A stretch of 64,000 nucleotides of DNA from Nibricoccus sp. (lineage in GTDB: Bacteria; Verrucomicrobiota; Verrucomicrobiia; Opitutales; Opitutaceae), in NCBI GenBank assembly GCA_047602425.1, contig JASGHG010000001.1:4032001-4096000 (forward strand), read 5' to 3'. Positions within the stretch are counted from its first letter, which is position 1, and each line of letters opens with the position of its first letter. The notes under the pieces were generated by a model. That model searched no databases, had not been told where the DNA came from, and worked only from the letters and a program-made list of their open reading frames with translations. Position numbers and translations under genes: made by a program. This document shows, in pieces, positions 10,076 through 19,736 of this stretch.

Positions 10076-11185
10076 ATGAAGTCGCGTAAACCTGTTGCTA
10101 ATCGTGTTCGTTCCGGAGCCCATGCTGGCTGTCCGTTTTGCACCATCATCCCCGCCCACATGATTCGCGGAATCACCGAAAACGGTGACCAGAAACAACG
10201 CTCGCGTGCGCTTAGCACGCTGCTTGGCTCCCATCGACTGCGCGGCCAGCGCGAAATGCTCGGGGCAATGGGCGCTGTCTCTATGATGACGCCCGCCGGG
10301 GAAAAGCGACGAACCATCTACGATGCCCAACAGAACAACAACCTGCCCGGCCTTCTTGTGCGGAGCGAGGGCGGCGCGAAGCTGAAGGACACGATGGTGA
10401 ACGAAGCTTACGACTACTCGGGCGTGGTGTACGACTTCTTTAAAAAGGTTTACGGCCGCAACTCAATTGATGATCAGGGTATGCGCCTCGATTCCACCGT
10501 GCATTTCCGTGAAGACCCGACCGAACCATTCGACAACGCCTGCTGGAACGGCTCACAGATGGTCTATGGCGACGGCGATGGAAAAATGTTCAACCGGTTC
10601 ACCAAGTGCATCGATATCGTGGGTCATGAACTCACCCACGGCATCACCCAGTACGAAGCGGGTTTGATCTACCGAAACCAGTCGGGTGCACTAAACGAAT
10701 CATTCTCCGATGTTTTCGGCTCTCTCGTGAAACAATGGAAAGGCAAGCAGACAGCCGCGAAGGCCGACTGGTTGATTGGAAAAGGTATGCTCGGAAAAGG
10801 CATCAACGGTGTCGCCCTGCGTTCGCTCAAGGAACCTGGCACGGCCTACGACGATCCGCTTTTCGGCGGCCAGGATCCGCAGCCGGGTCACATGGACGAC
10901 TATGTGAAACTTGCCGCCACGAAGGCGGGCGACAACGGCGGTGTCCATATCAATTCTGGCATCCCCAATCGCGCGTTCTACCTGCTCGCGGCTGAGCTTG
11001 GCGGTTACGCTTGGGAGCGGGCTGGGCGCATCTGGTACGATGCGCTTTGCAACCGCATTCGTTACAACTCGACCTTCAAAACCGCGGCCAAGGCGACGAT
11101 CGCATCAGCGACCTCCCTCTATGGCGCCACGAGCAACGAAACCAAAGCGGTTAAAGCCGCATGGCAGGAAGTGGGAGTCCTTTGA
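10076..11185 (+). CDS. M4 family metalloprotease, protealysin-like
   Basis: Short propeptide (CTIIPAHM), NACWNG, HELTH zinc motif, GALNES, GGVHINSGIPN; no signal peptide. Confidence 0.93.
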   Translation: MKSRKPVANRVRSGAHAGCPFCTIIPAHMIRGITENGDQKQRSRALSTLLGSHRLRGQREMLGAMGAVSMMTPAGEKRRTIYDAQQNNNLPGLLVRSEGGAKLKDTMVNEAYDYSGVVYDFFKKVYGRNSIDDQGMRLDSTVHFREDPTEPFDNACWNGSQMVYGDGDGKMFNRFTKCIDIVGHELTHGITQYEAGLIYRNQSGALNESFSDVFGSLVKQWKGKQTAAKADWLIGKGMLGKGINGVALRSLKEPGTAYDDPLFGGQDPQPGHMDDYVKLAATKAGDNGGVHINSGIPNRAFYLLAAELGGYAWERAGRIWYDALCNRIRYNSTFKTAAKATIASATSLYGATSNETKAVKAAWQEVGVL

Positions 11186-11186
11186 T

Positions 11187-11504
11187 ATGCCCAAAGCAAA
11201 AACAACCATTTTGACGCTGGCGCGCTCGGGCGGTGTGGCGGGCATCCGTCCACCACCCAAAATGCTCGACACGGCAAGTCTGACCGCGGAGATGACGCGG
11301 CGCCTCGAAGAATTGCTGACTGCCGCGGACTTTTTTTCCTTGCCGGGCGAACTGCCCTCCAAGGCGAAAGGCGCCGACGGATTCCAACACACGCTGACTG
11401 TGCAGCACGCCAGCGGACGCAAGCACACCGTGACATTCGCGGAGGCCGATGCCAGCGAACCGTTGCGTGAGCTGAAACGCTTGGTTCGCGACCAGGCGGG
11501 CTGA
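11187..11504 (+). CDS. Emfourin-like protealysin inhibitor
   Basis: 105 aa starting 1 nt after the protease stop; RSGGVAG and ADGFQHTLTV motifs. Confidence 0.85.
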   Translation: MPKAKTTILTLARSGGVAGIRPPPKMLDTASLTAEMTRRLEELLTAADFFSLPGELPSKAKGADGFQHTLTVQHASGRKHTVTFAEADASEPLRELKRLVRDQAG

Positions 11505-11540
11505 ACGGCGCGATTACTGGGTGAAATTCCATCTAGGCGG

Positions 11541-12980
11541 TTGAAAAAACCGCCGGGACGATGGCAGACTGTCGACGACGTGTTTTCAAAACTGCGCATT
11601 TTTATTTCTTGGGCGTTTCTGAAGGTTATGTTTGGAGCCTTCATCCTGACGACCTCGTGCGCGCTTTATGCCTTATGGTTGCATCGGCAGGACAATCTGG
11701 ATTTTCCCGAAGCACACACCCGGCATCTCGCGGGCCTGCGCGGGCAACTCGCACTGACGCAGACGGCGCGTAATGCCGCCGCTGCAGAACTGGGTATGGT
11801 ACAGGAAGAGATTGCCTCGCATCGCGCGCGCGCCAGTCAGGCCGTGCGCATCGCGGCCAATCTGGGGGAGCTCCAGACGACGTGGAAACGTTTCATCAGC
11901 GCGCGGGAGCAGTGGCGCATCAACCAAGACAGTATCGATAAACTAAACCAGATTGAGCGCGACGAACTAAAAGCCATCAACAAACTGAGCCGTCCACTGG
12001 CGCAAGGTACCACGCGCTTGGAGAAAGCGGAGCGGGCGCAACGACGCCTCGAAAAGCAGCTGCAAATCGAAAAGGAATTCGATTCGCCGATTGTGCACTA
12101 TTTTTACTCGTCGTGGCTGGCAGGCTGGTGGGTCTTTGTCGGTTTGACCGGGTTGTATTTTATTGGACCCACTTTGCGGAAACTGAGTCTGTTTTACTTT
12201 TTCGCTCCGCGCATCGCCCGCAAGCGGCCTTTGTTGCTCAACCGCCGGCCGGGTTTTTCTCCGTCATTAGGAGAAAGCCGGAACGTCGTCGAGACATCGC
12301 TCTGGCCTGGCGAAAGCGCGCGTGTGAGATTTCGTTATTTGCAGTCGGTTGACGACGGACTGGTCCGCGAATCGAAAATGATGATGAGCTGGCGATTTCC
12401 CATCACTAGTTTGCTCAGCGGTTTTGTCCATGATGTGAATTTCAGAAATGCTCGGGCAGGCCGGGATTACCGTCTTGCTTTTGCGCATCATAAGAATCCA
12501 GAGCATCAGATGGCGGTGGTACACGTGCCGGAAGGAAGTTCGCTCGTGGTTCGGCCGAGTTTTCTGGCGGCGGTGGTTTTGCCGCCGGGGCAGAAATTGC
12601 AGGTCCGTTGGCGCTGGCAATTGTTTCGCTGGCAGGCTTGGTTGACCGGGCAATTGTGTTTCATGGAATTTGTCGGTCCATGCCGTCTAGTCGTGGCCGG
12701 CCGGCCTGCACTGCGGGCGGAACGGCTGATGACGCAGGAACATGGCGCGACGCCCAACTGTCGGGCCTCGGTGGATAAAATCATCGGATTCACGCCGGGC
12801 CTTGAGTACAGGCTGGTGCGTTCACCGCGTTTTTGGAATTATTACCGGTGGGACGCCCATCTCTTCGACGCGCATTTTAGCGGTGTAGGTTTCGTGCTGA
12901 TACAAAACCACCTTCCAGGAAAGACGCCCGGCCTGCTTTCTTTGACCCGCAATCGGGTGCGGAAGCTGATCGGTCTTTGA
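11541..12980 (+). CDS. Hypothetical membrane protein: TM, coiled coil, TM, beta-rich (AIM24-like?) domain
   Basis: Two hydrophobic segments flank a ~130-aa heptad-rich region; start uncertain (alternative ATG at 11628). Confidence 0.6.
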   Translation: MKKPPGRWQTVDDVFSKLRIFISWAFLKVMFGAFILTTSCALYALWLHRQDNLDFPEAHTRHLAGLRGQLALTQTARNAAAAELGMVQEEIASHRARASQAVRIAANLGELQTTWKRFISAREQWRINQDSIDKLNQIERDELKAINKLSRPLAQGTTRLEKAERAQRRLEKQLQIEKEFDSPIVHYFYSSWLAGWWVFVGLTGLYFIGPTLRKLSLFYFFAPRIARKRPLLLNRRPGFSPSLGESRNVVETSLWPGESARVRFRYLQSVDDGLVRESKMMMSWRFPITSLLSGFVHDVNFRNARAGRDYRLAFAHHKNPEHQMAVVHVPEGSSLVVRPSFLAAVVLPPGQKLQVRWRWQLFRWQAWLTGQLCFMEFVGPCRLVVAGRPALRAERLMTQEHGATPNCRASVDKIIGFTPGLEYRLVRSPRFWNYYRWDAHLFDAHFSGVGFVLIQNHLPGKTPGLLSLTRNRVRKLIGL

Positions 12981-13032
12981 CGGAAACGAAAAGTTTGCTG
13001 GACGGAGTTTCGTTTCGCGATTGGTCGAATCT

Positions 13033-15399
13033 TCAGCGGCCGCGCGCCAATTCGCGGGCTAGCTCAAGATTCTGCCGTACGGCGGGGTCATTCGGCCGGG
13101 CTCGGGCCACGCTTTCATAGTTCGAAACCGCTTCGGTAATTTGACCGGTCATCAATTGGCAATTGGCGAGGTTGTTACGCGCCTGAATGTGGTTCGGCGA
13201 GAGGGTAAGTGTCGCGTTGTATTCAGAAATCGCGGACATGAAATCTCTTCGTTGGGCGAGGAGATTGCCCAAACCAAAATGAGCTTCGGCTGAATCTGAA
13301 TCGAGGCGCAAAGATTCTCGATAGCCGCGTTCTGCTTCAGCCGAATTTCCCTGGGCGGCACGGCGGTTGGCCAAGGCCAAATGCGCTTGGGCCAACGTGG
13401 GTTTCAAGTGGATCGCCGTGTTGAACTCTCGCTCGGCACCTGTGACGTCGCCTTTTTTTTCCAGCACGAGGCCGAGTTGATAGTGGGCTTCCGCAAAGTC
13501 CGGGTCTGCGCTCAGCACTTCACGCAAGGCTATTTCGGCCTCCTTGATTTGACCTCCGGCAAGTAATAGCGCTGCCAGACTGGTTCGGGCATCATGGGCG
13601 TCAGTATCCTCCGCCAGCACTGCCCGGTATTGGGCGACGGCTTCGTCCCCGCGGCCAAGACCATTCAACGCCTGGCCCAGATTCATACGCGCATCGAGAA
13701 AATGCGGGTCGGCCGCAAGGGCGGCTTCGAAATAGGGAACCGATTCTGCCCATTGCCGTTTTGTCAGCCAGATCGTGCCAATTTGAAAATGTGCGAACGC
13801 ATGATTTGGACGGAGCGTGATCGTTCTCTGAAATTCCTGTAATGCTTCGTCGGTGCGACCCTGGCGCAGCAGGGCAATGCCGAGATTATGGTGAGCCCGC
13901 GCGTTATCCGGACGCTTCGTTACCGTGTCATTCCAAAGCGCCAATTCGGATCCATAGACCTTGTTACGCGTGATCGTTGCCGTTGCGAGCGTCACGATGG
14001 CAGCCAACACGATCCCTTGAAAAATCCAGCCAGCCGGCCCAGAGAGGGCAGAAAGGCTTTTTGATTTATTTTCTTTATCGCTGGCGGTTGGTTTAGAATT
14101 TTCTGTCCGACCGGCCTTACCGCTGAAAAAGACGGCGAATTTTTTTCCTGCCATCACGATAAGAAGGATTGGGACAGCGAGCGCCAAATACATGCGGTGC
14201 TCCGCCACGGTTTGCGTCGCGATGGGAACCACGCTCGAACTAGGTGCAAGCACCAAAAAGAAACAAACGGCCAAAAAACCTACAGGCCGATTCCGGACCA
14301 AAGCCCATATCGCGCCTGCGATCAGCCCGGTCAAAAACAAAGACTGCCACCATACCCCGCCGAACCCTGCGACCGTTGGGACGCCATAGTCGAAGATCTG
14401 ACCGACTGGCCAAACGACCAAACCGAGATATCGGACAATCGCATAGCATTGAGTGAGGGTATATGACCAAATTCCGATTTCTCCACCGACGCCGGCGGAC
14501 CCACCTCGACCGTGATTTAGCGTCACCAGAACCGCTAGTAAAAGCCACGTGGCGGCGAGTGCTCCGTAAATGCGCCCCCGGGCTTGCCAAGCGGCGCGAA
14601 AAGAGCCGGCCAGAAAGGTTCGGTCGTAAAGCAAGACAACGACTGGCGCGGCGACGATTGTTTCCTTTGTGCCTGCACCCAGCAGGCAGGCGACAAAGGA
14701 AATGACGAACCATGCCTGAGGGCCTATGCCCCAGCATGATTTTCCGGAGTTGCTCGAAGCTTTGCCTGGAACTTGGCCTTTGCGACGGTTTTTTTGGGGC
14801 TGGTTCGTCTCTGGTGCTGCGTTGTTTTGCCTTTCTGCTCCCCGAATGAAGGCATACAGGGTGGCTAGAAAAAATAATCCGGCGAGCGCCTCCGCGCGTT
14901 GGACCACATACGTGACCGCCGCCGTTTGCAGGGGATGAAGCGCCCACAGAAGCGCGACGGTGAGCGGGAGAAAAAACGCTGAAGGGGTGGTCGATTCATG
15001 ATCTTTATAACCACGCTCGCGAGCCAATTTCGGTGTGCGACGGACGATGCCAAACAAGAGAACTGCAGCACTCGCGTGGATCAAGACGTTGAGCAACCGA
15101 TAGCCCGTGACTTCATTTTCCCCCAAGGCGTAATTTAGCGCAAACGACAGGTTTAGGATCGGTCGTCCGCTCACTGTCTCTCCAGCCGTGGAGGGCGATC
15201 GCAACCAAGTGGGCGGCCACATGCGTCGAATGCTTGCGTTCTCCAAAATGGATGACCGATCGTCGAGTTCGAAAGGCGCGGATAGGCTCCCACACCAAGC
15301 GATTCCCACTGCGACAAAGGTCGTTGCGGCAGCAAACCACGCTTTAACCGTGGTCTTGGCTACAAATGGAACCAGCAATCGGAATACGTGCATGTTCAC
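13033..15399 (-). CDS. TMTC-like GT-C membrane glycosyltransferase with C-terminal TPR repeats
   Basis: FELDD, GRP, HPLQTAAVTYVVQRAE, KE and EHRMYL motifs, followed by about 8 TPRs. Confidence 0.85.
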   Translation of the reverse strand: MNMHVFRLLVPFVAKTTVKAWFAAATTFVAVGIAWCGSLSAPFELDDRSSILENASIRRMWPPTWLRSPSTAGETVSGRPILNLSFALNYALGENEVTGYRLLNVLIHASAAVLLFGIVRRTPKLARERGYKDHESTTPSAFFLPLTVALLWALHPLQTAAVTYVVQRAEALAGLFFLATLYAFIRGAERQNNAAPETNQPQKNRRKGQVPGKASSNSGKSCWGIGPQAWFVISFVACLLGAGTKETIVAAPVVVLLYDRTFLAGSFRAAWQARGRIYGALAATWLLLAVLVTLNHGRGGSAGVGGEIGIWSYTLTQCYAIVRYLGLVVWPVGQIFDYGVPTVAGFGGVWWQSLFLTGLIAGAIWALVRNRPVGFLAVCFFLVLAPSSSVVPIATQTVAEHRMYLALAVPILLIVMAGKKFAVFFSGKAGRTENSKPTASDKENKSKSLSALSGPAGWIFQGIVLAAIVTLATATITRNKVYGSELALWNDTVTKRPDNARAHHNLGIALLRQGRTDEALQEFQRTITLRPNHAFAHFQIGTIWLTKRQWAESVPYFEAALAADPHFLDARMNLGQALNGLGRGDEAVAQYRAVLAEDTDAHDARTSLAALLLAGGQIKEAEIALREVLSADPDFAEAHYQLGLVLEKKGDVTGAEREFNTAIHLKPTLAQAHLALANRRAAQGNSAEAERGYRESLRLDSDSAEAHFGLGNLLAQRRDFMSAISEYNATLTLSPNHIQARNNLANCQLMTGQITEAVSNYESVARARPNDPAVRQNLELARELARGR

Positions 15400-15450
15400 G
15401 GATCAACAGGCCAGAAACAGAGGGGACGCTCAAGGTGTCTTTATTCAGGC

Positions 15451-15483
15451 AAAAAAAAGCTCCCGGCGTTGGCCGGGAGCTTT
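15451..15483 (-). terminator. Rho-independent terminator of the TonB-dependent receptor gene
   Basis: Minus strand AAAGCTCCCGGC-CAAC-GCCGGGAGCTTTTTTTT. Confidence 0.85.
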
Positions 15484-15515
15484 GACACAATCTATAATTT
15501 TTCGAACGAAGCGCC

Positions 15516-18500
15516 TTAGAACGACAATGTTGCAGTGAGGGTATATTGGCGCGGATCGATAATACGGTACGAATAGGGCTGGCCGTCGTAGTTAACCGCA
15601 ACCGGACGTAGGCTGCCGTTTTCAAAGACGTTCGCTACGTTGAGCTGCACTTTCAAATCAACTTTATTACTGAAGATCTTCCGGCGATAGCTAATCCAGA
15701 CATCAGTATAATAGTGGGCATCATCGTACACCGGCTGGGTAGTATCCGACAGGTCCAACGTGGGCTGGCCATTGTAGTAATTCGTGATCAAACCGCTAGC
15801 TTTACCACGATAACCGATGACCGCCTTGTCTTCCCAACGTTCGTTGCCACCGACTCCGAAGCCCTTGAACATACCGCGTTCGAAGCTGTAAGTGGTGAGG
15901 AATGACCAACGATATTTACGTTGGCCCTGAACAGACTGGCCTTGGAGATCGCGGTCGAGCGTGAGTTGAGGCACAACATCACGATTGTAGATGGCCTCTG
16001 GGTTAGCTCCTGCGCTCTCCGGGAATACAGTAGACTGGTAGCCAAAGGAGCTCCAGAAGTTGGTCAGATTCACCGCACGGCCACCGCTGGTAGTGTAGGT
16101 GGCAAGACCTTGGTACTGAGGCAGCAGGTAGTCGGCGGCCCGAGCACTTGTCCAAACTGCCATGCGTTTCGCGATCCACGGAGTGAACTCCTTAAGTACG
16201 CTAGCGTATTTGGTATCTTGTTTACCGAAGGTAAACTTCATCGTCCAGTTTGGAGTCGGATTGTAGTTGATTTCCGCTTCCAAGCCCTTGGCTTCAGCAT
16301 TACGAGTAGCACCCAAGCCGAAGGGAAGTGTGGTGTAATAATCGTACGGCAGTTGCCAGATTACTTGAGCACCGTTCTGCACCTCAAGTTCTTCGGCCGT
16401 ACTAAGAGATTGGCCGAATGTGGTGCTGGTCGGGTCGTAGCGAGCATCCCCTGGGTGTGTCGCTTGCAAGTTAATCATCGTAATCGTGCGGGCCCAATTG
16501 CGGAACAGCGTCTGGTCAACGTTATTATTGAAACGCGTGAAAACCTGAGGCGCAGTGATGTTTTCATTCAGGTTGGAGGCTTTGAACCAAGTCACGCGGG
16601 CGAAAAGCTTGTTATCCAGCAGTGAGAACTGGAAACCGTAATCTTCGCCTTTACCCGTTGGTTTGGGAAGTTGAACACCGAAGGGATCGTTCAACGCGCT
16701 GTCTGGCGGGTTAAAGTTGCTGGACTTATTGTAGCTGATGCCGAAGCTGCGGACAAATTGCCACAGCTGGGAGCCACTCTCAGCTCCGCGTTCGATGCCG
16801 CGCCAGCCTTGGAAAGGACGGAACACACCGCCTGCCGTGAAAGTATCGCCTACGGACTTACCGTAAGGACCCCACCGTTCGAAAAGAAAATCACGCTGAA
16901 AGACACCATTCACCCACTTTTGGGGGTTGGTGATTGCGGGGGCAATGATATTGCCATTTGCATCTTTTACCGCAGCAACACCACTATTGGTTCCGCGTGA
17001 CTTGATGGTATCCCGACGTGCACCAGAAGTGAGGACGAGACGATTGTCCCAAAGGTAATTGGTCATGGCACCGCTGATCGTATTGACCAGGCGCTGCGTG
17101 CGTCCGGTACCTTCTTCACGTTCCCAGAAGCCCGTAGTCATGTTTACGGGTACGAATCTACTTTGATCATAATCATAGACTTGGATATCACCGGTGTAGG
17201 TGAGTGGGTCCCAATAACCACCGGATTGGGTAACTACTCCATTTGGGTCACCTGGATTCGCAAGATAGAAGGTACGACGGATCGAAGTTTGCTGATAAGA
17301 CCAACCCGTAGGATTGCCGGCGGCGTCGTTATTTGGGTTGTTCATAAAGCGATAACGTCCCATGTCGCTTGTGCTTCCGAGATACTGCAAACGTTGGCGA
17401 GAGGTGGTGATCATCGAGTTGTCGCGGGACCAAAGGCCGAGGATCTGATGGCGTCCAAGCCAGTGCTTCCAACCTGTCTCCTTGGTAAAGTCAGGTGTCC
17501 AAGCGATCATCGCCCGGTAGTGGTCGTCCAATTGTTCATTCACGTAACTATCGGGATCGACATCTTGCACGTACGGCTTGCCAAGATACGGATTAAGCGT
17601 GCCATCGGGCAGATACTTGTTCGTATCGACATAAAGCGTGGCTGTGTTGAGTTGGGCCAAGGTGTAGTTGGAGCGTGAGTGGTAGTCTTGGCGGAACCAA
17701 CCAGCGCTTACAAAAAGATCTCCAGGAAGCTGTTGTTCGAGCTCGAGATTGTAATTTGTATTCCGTGCGTTACCGAAGTTCATCGCATTGATGTTAACGC
17801 TGGTCCAATCATAGATGGATTTATCGGTCACGCCGGGGTAACGATAGGAGCTGCCGAGAATGCCATTACCGGCAGCAGTCCACGGACCGGAGGCGGTATA
17901 AGTGCGGGTGTAGATATCCGCCCAAGTGTTATTTAGGTAAACGTTGCCTGCGGTGGGATAAAGCGCGGGGTTGGCGGTCGGATTGGTGGGCGTGCCAAAT
18001 TGAGTCAGATATTGATATTGGTAAGTCGGGCGGAACCAACCGACCACTTGGCCATTAGAAATCTGCATGAAACTGCGGCCCAAATGGACGTCGTTGCCAC
18101 CCGCAATAATGCCTGGAACGTAAAGAATGTTTGGCGAAGCCTGACCGGCGACATAGGCGGTGCCTGCTGCGGTTCCGGCTGGTTGGCCAATGTAACCCGT
18201 GCCTGCCGCAAAAATACTGAAGCCATTGTAGAACGTGAACGTAGTATCCGTTCCACCAAAGACGGTCGCACTGGTGCCACGCAGAGCCGGATTATAACCA
18301 GGGCGGTTGATGATAAAGTTACGCACCGACTGAGCGTAAGGAGTATTCGCATTTTCGTTCACGATCATGCCAAGAGGGGCATTTGTCTGAAGGTTATAAA
18401 TCGTGTGGGTCGTGGCATCGTAATAAGGCTGACCAGCGAGATTCCATTGGGTGACGTAGTCGCGAGGCGTGAGGCTATTGGGGCGATGGTTGTCGTTGTC

Positions 18501-19424
18501 GTATTGTTCGATGTTCGCCTTAATGACCGTCGTCTTGAAGGGCTTTGCGGTGATGGCGCCGTAAAACCGCTTGGTCTTGTCATAGGAAGGTTCGCGCTGG
18601 AAACGGCGGTCGTCATAAACCGCAGCACCATAGATCGCCAATTTGTCTTGAATGAGACCTTGGTTGAAATTGAACGAGCTACGGAAAGATCCGTACTGAT
18701 CGACGCGCATGGAGACCGACGCGCTTCGTTTGTTGAGTTGGGCAGATGCGGTACTTTGGTTAACGATACCGGCCGGGCTTCCCATACCGAACAACATGGA
18801 GTTAGGGCCACGGGTAATTTCTACTGTCGATGTATTGTAAGAATCGAAGGGCAGCGCTCGGATTGTACTGTAGTAGTTGATCGCCGGAGTAGGTGCGCCG
18901 AGGCCACGAACGCGATTAGCACCGGCATTGATGATGTTCGATACTGCACCGCCTTGGGTCGCGCCGGCAACTTGATCAATAAAGCCGTCATTACGCGAGC
19001 TCTGCACATTCGGGGTGTACGTCAGCGAACCTTCCGTGTTCACTTCGTAACGAAAGATATCGTTGATATCGGTCGAAGCGGTGTCCGCCATTTGCTGGGC
19101 CGTAATAACCGATATCGACGAACCCAGGTCCGCCAAATTGGTTTTCATGCGGCTACCAGCGAGGGTGTTCGCTGCAAAGTAACCCTTGTCTTTTGTCGCA
19201 TCGACGGTGAACGGCGAGAGCACGAGAATGTCCTCGTCCTCCACAGACGAACTGGCCGATGGGGGAACGTTTTCTACCGGTATTTTCTTTTCGGGGACAG
19301 CGGGTTCCGCCGCCGGCTTCGGAGCTTCCTGCGCGAGGGCAGTTGCAGTGAGAGCCACGGGCAAAACGCACATGGCGGCCCATTGGCGCCGCCACGGTTG
19401 TAGTAGGGTGGTTGGTGTTTTCAT
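15516..19424 (-). CDS. Large TonB-dependent receptor
   Basis: Signal peptide, TonB-box-like LVLSPFTV, plug motifs (TLAGSR, RVRGL, VEITRGPNSMLFG), C-terminal ...TATLSF. Confidence 0.93.
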   Translation of the reverse strand: MKTPTTLLQPWRRQWAAMCVLPVALTATALAQEAPKPAAEPAVPEKKIPVENVPPSASSSVEDEDILVLSPFTVDATKDKGYFAANTLAGSRMKTNLADLGSSISVITAQQMADTASTDINDIFRYEVNTEGSLTYTPNVQSSRNDGFIDQVAGATQGGAVSNIINAGANRVRGLGAPTPAINYYSTIRALPFDSYNTSTVEITRGPNSMLFGMGSPAGIVNQSTASAQLNKRSASVSMRVDQYGSFRSSFNFNQGLIQDKLAIYGAAVYDDRRFQREPSYDKTKRFYGAITAKPFKTTVIKANIEQYDNDNHRPNSLTPRDYVTQWNLAGQPYYDATTHTIYNLQTNAPLGMIVNENANTPYAQSVRNFIINRPGYNPALRGTSATVFGGTDTTFTFYNGFSIFAAGTGYIGQPAGTAAGTAYVAGQASPNILYVPGIIAGGNDVHLGRSFMQISNGQVVGWFRPTYQYQYLTQFGTPTNPTANPALYPTAGNVYLNNTWADIYTRTYTASGPWTAAGNGILGSSYRYPGVTDKSIYDWTSVNINAMNFGNARNTNYNLELEQQLPGDLFVSAGWFRQDYHSRSNYTLAQLNTATLYVDTNKYLPDGTLNPYLGKPYVQDVDPDSYVNEQLDDHYRAMIAWTPDFTKETGWKHWLGRHQILGLWSRDNSMITTSRQRLQYLGSTSDMGRYRFMNNPNNDAAGNPTGWSYQQTSIRRTFYLANPGDPNGVVTQSGGYWDPLTYTGDIQVYDYDQSRFVPVNMTTGFWEREEGTGRTQRLVNTISGAMTNYLWDNRLVLTSGARRDTIKSRGTNSGVAAVKDANGNIIAPAITNPQKWVNGVFQRDFLFERWGPYGKSVGDTFTAGGVFRPFQGWRGIERGAESGSQLWQFVRSFGISYNKSSNFNPPDSALNDPFGVQLPKPTGKGEDYGFQFSLLDNKLFARVTWFKASNLNENITAPQVFTRFNNNVDQTLFRNWARTITMINLQATHPGDARYDPTSTTFGQSLSTAEELEVQNGAQVIWQLPYDYYTTLPFGLGATRNAEAKGLEAEINYNPTPNWTMKFTFGKQDTKYASVLKEFTPWIAKRMAVWTSARAADYLLPQYQGLATYTTSGGRAVNLTNFWSSFGYQSTVFPESAGANPEAIYNRDVVPQLTLDRDLQGQSVQGQRKYRWSFLTTYSFERGMFKGFGVGGNERWEDKAVIGYRGKASGLITNYYNGQPTLDLSDTTQPVYDDAHYYTDVWISYRRKIFSNKVDLKVQLNVANVFENGSLRPVAVNYDGQPYSYRIIDPRQYTLTATLSF

Positions 19425-19736
19425 TATCGGTATTTGTTGGGTAGGGAAAATAACCTCATTGATGCCAATGGCACAACGGCCCCGACGACGATTCGACGAG
19501 ACGAGCTGGCGATTGGGGTGATGTCCGAGCTTGGGCGAACAATGCTATGCTAAAGGGTTACGCTGCTGATATGATCGATTCCAATCAATTGAAACCTTAC
19601 AGTAAGGTGAGCAAAAGCCGTGAGAAGACGAGCCGAAATTTTCAAGGTAACTAGTGAACTGGGAAGGCGTTTTTCAGGCATGGACTGTTGGGAGTTGCAG
19701 GTGACTTTTGCCGGTTCTTCGATTCCGTTTTCTTGA

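Noticed and set aside
18000..19403. 467-aa plus-strand ORF
   Set aside because: Antisense shadow of the TonB-dependent receptor gene
19500..19736. SOS (LexA) box upstream of uvrB
   Set aside because: Only an isolated GAACA half-site is present, with no properly spaced TGTTC partner
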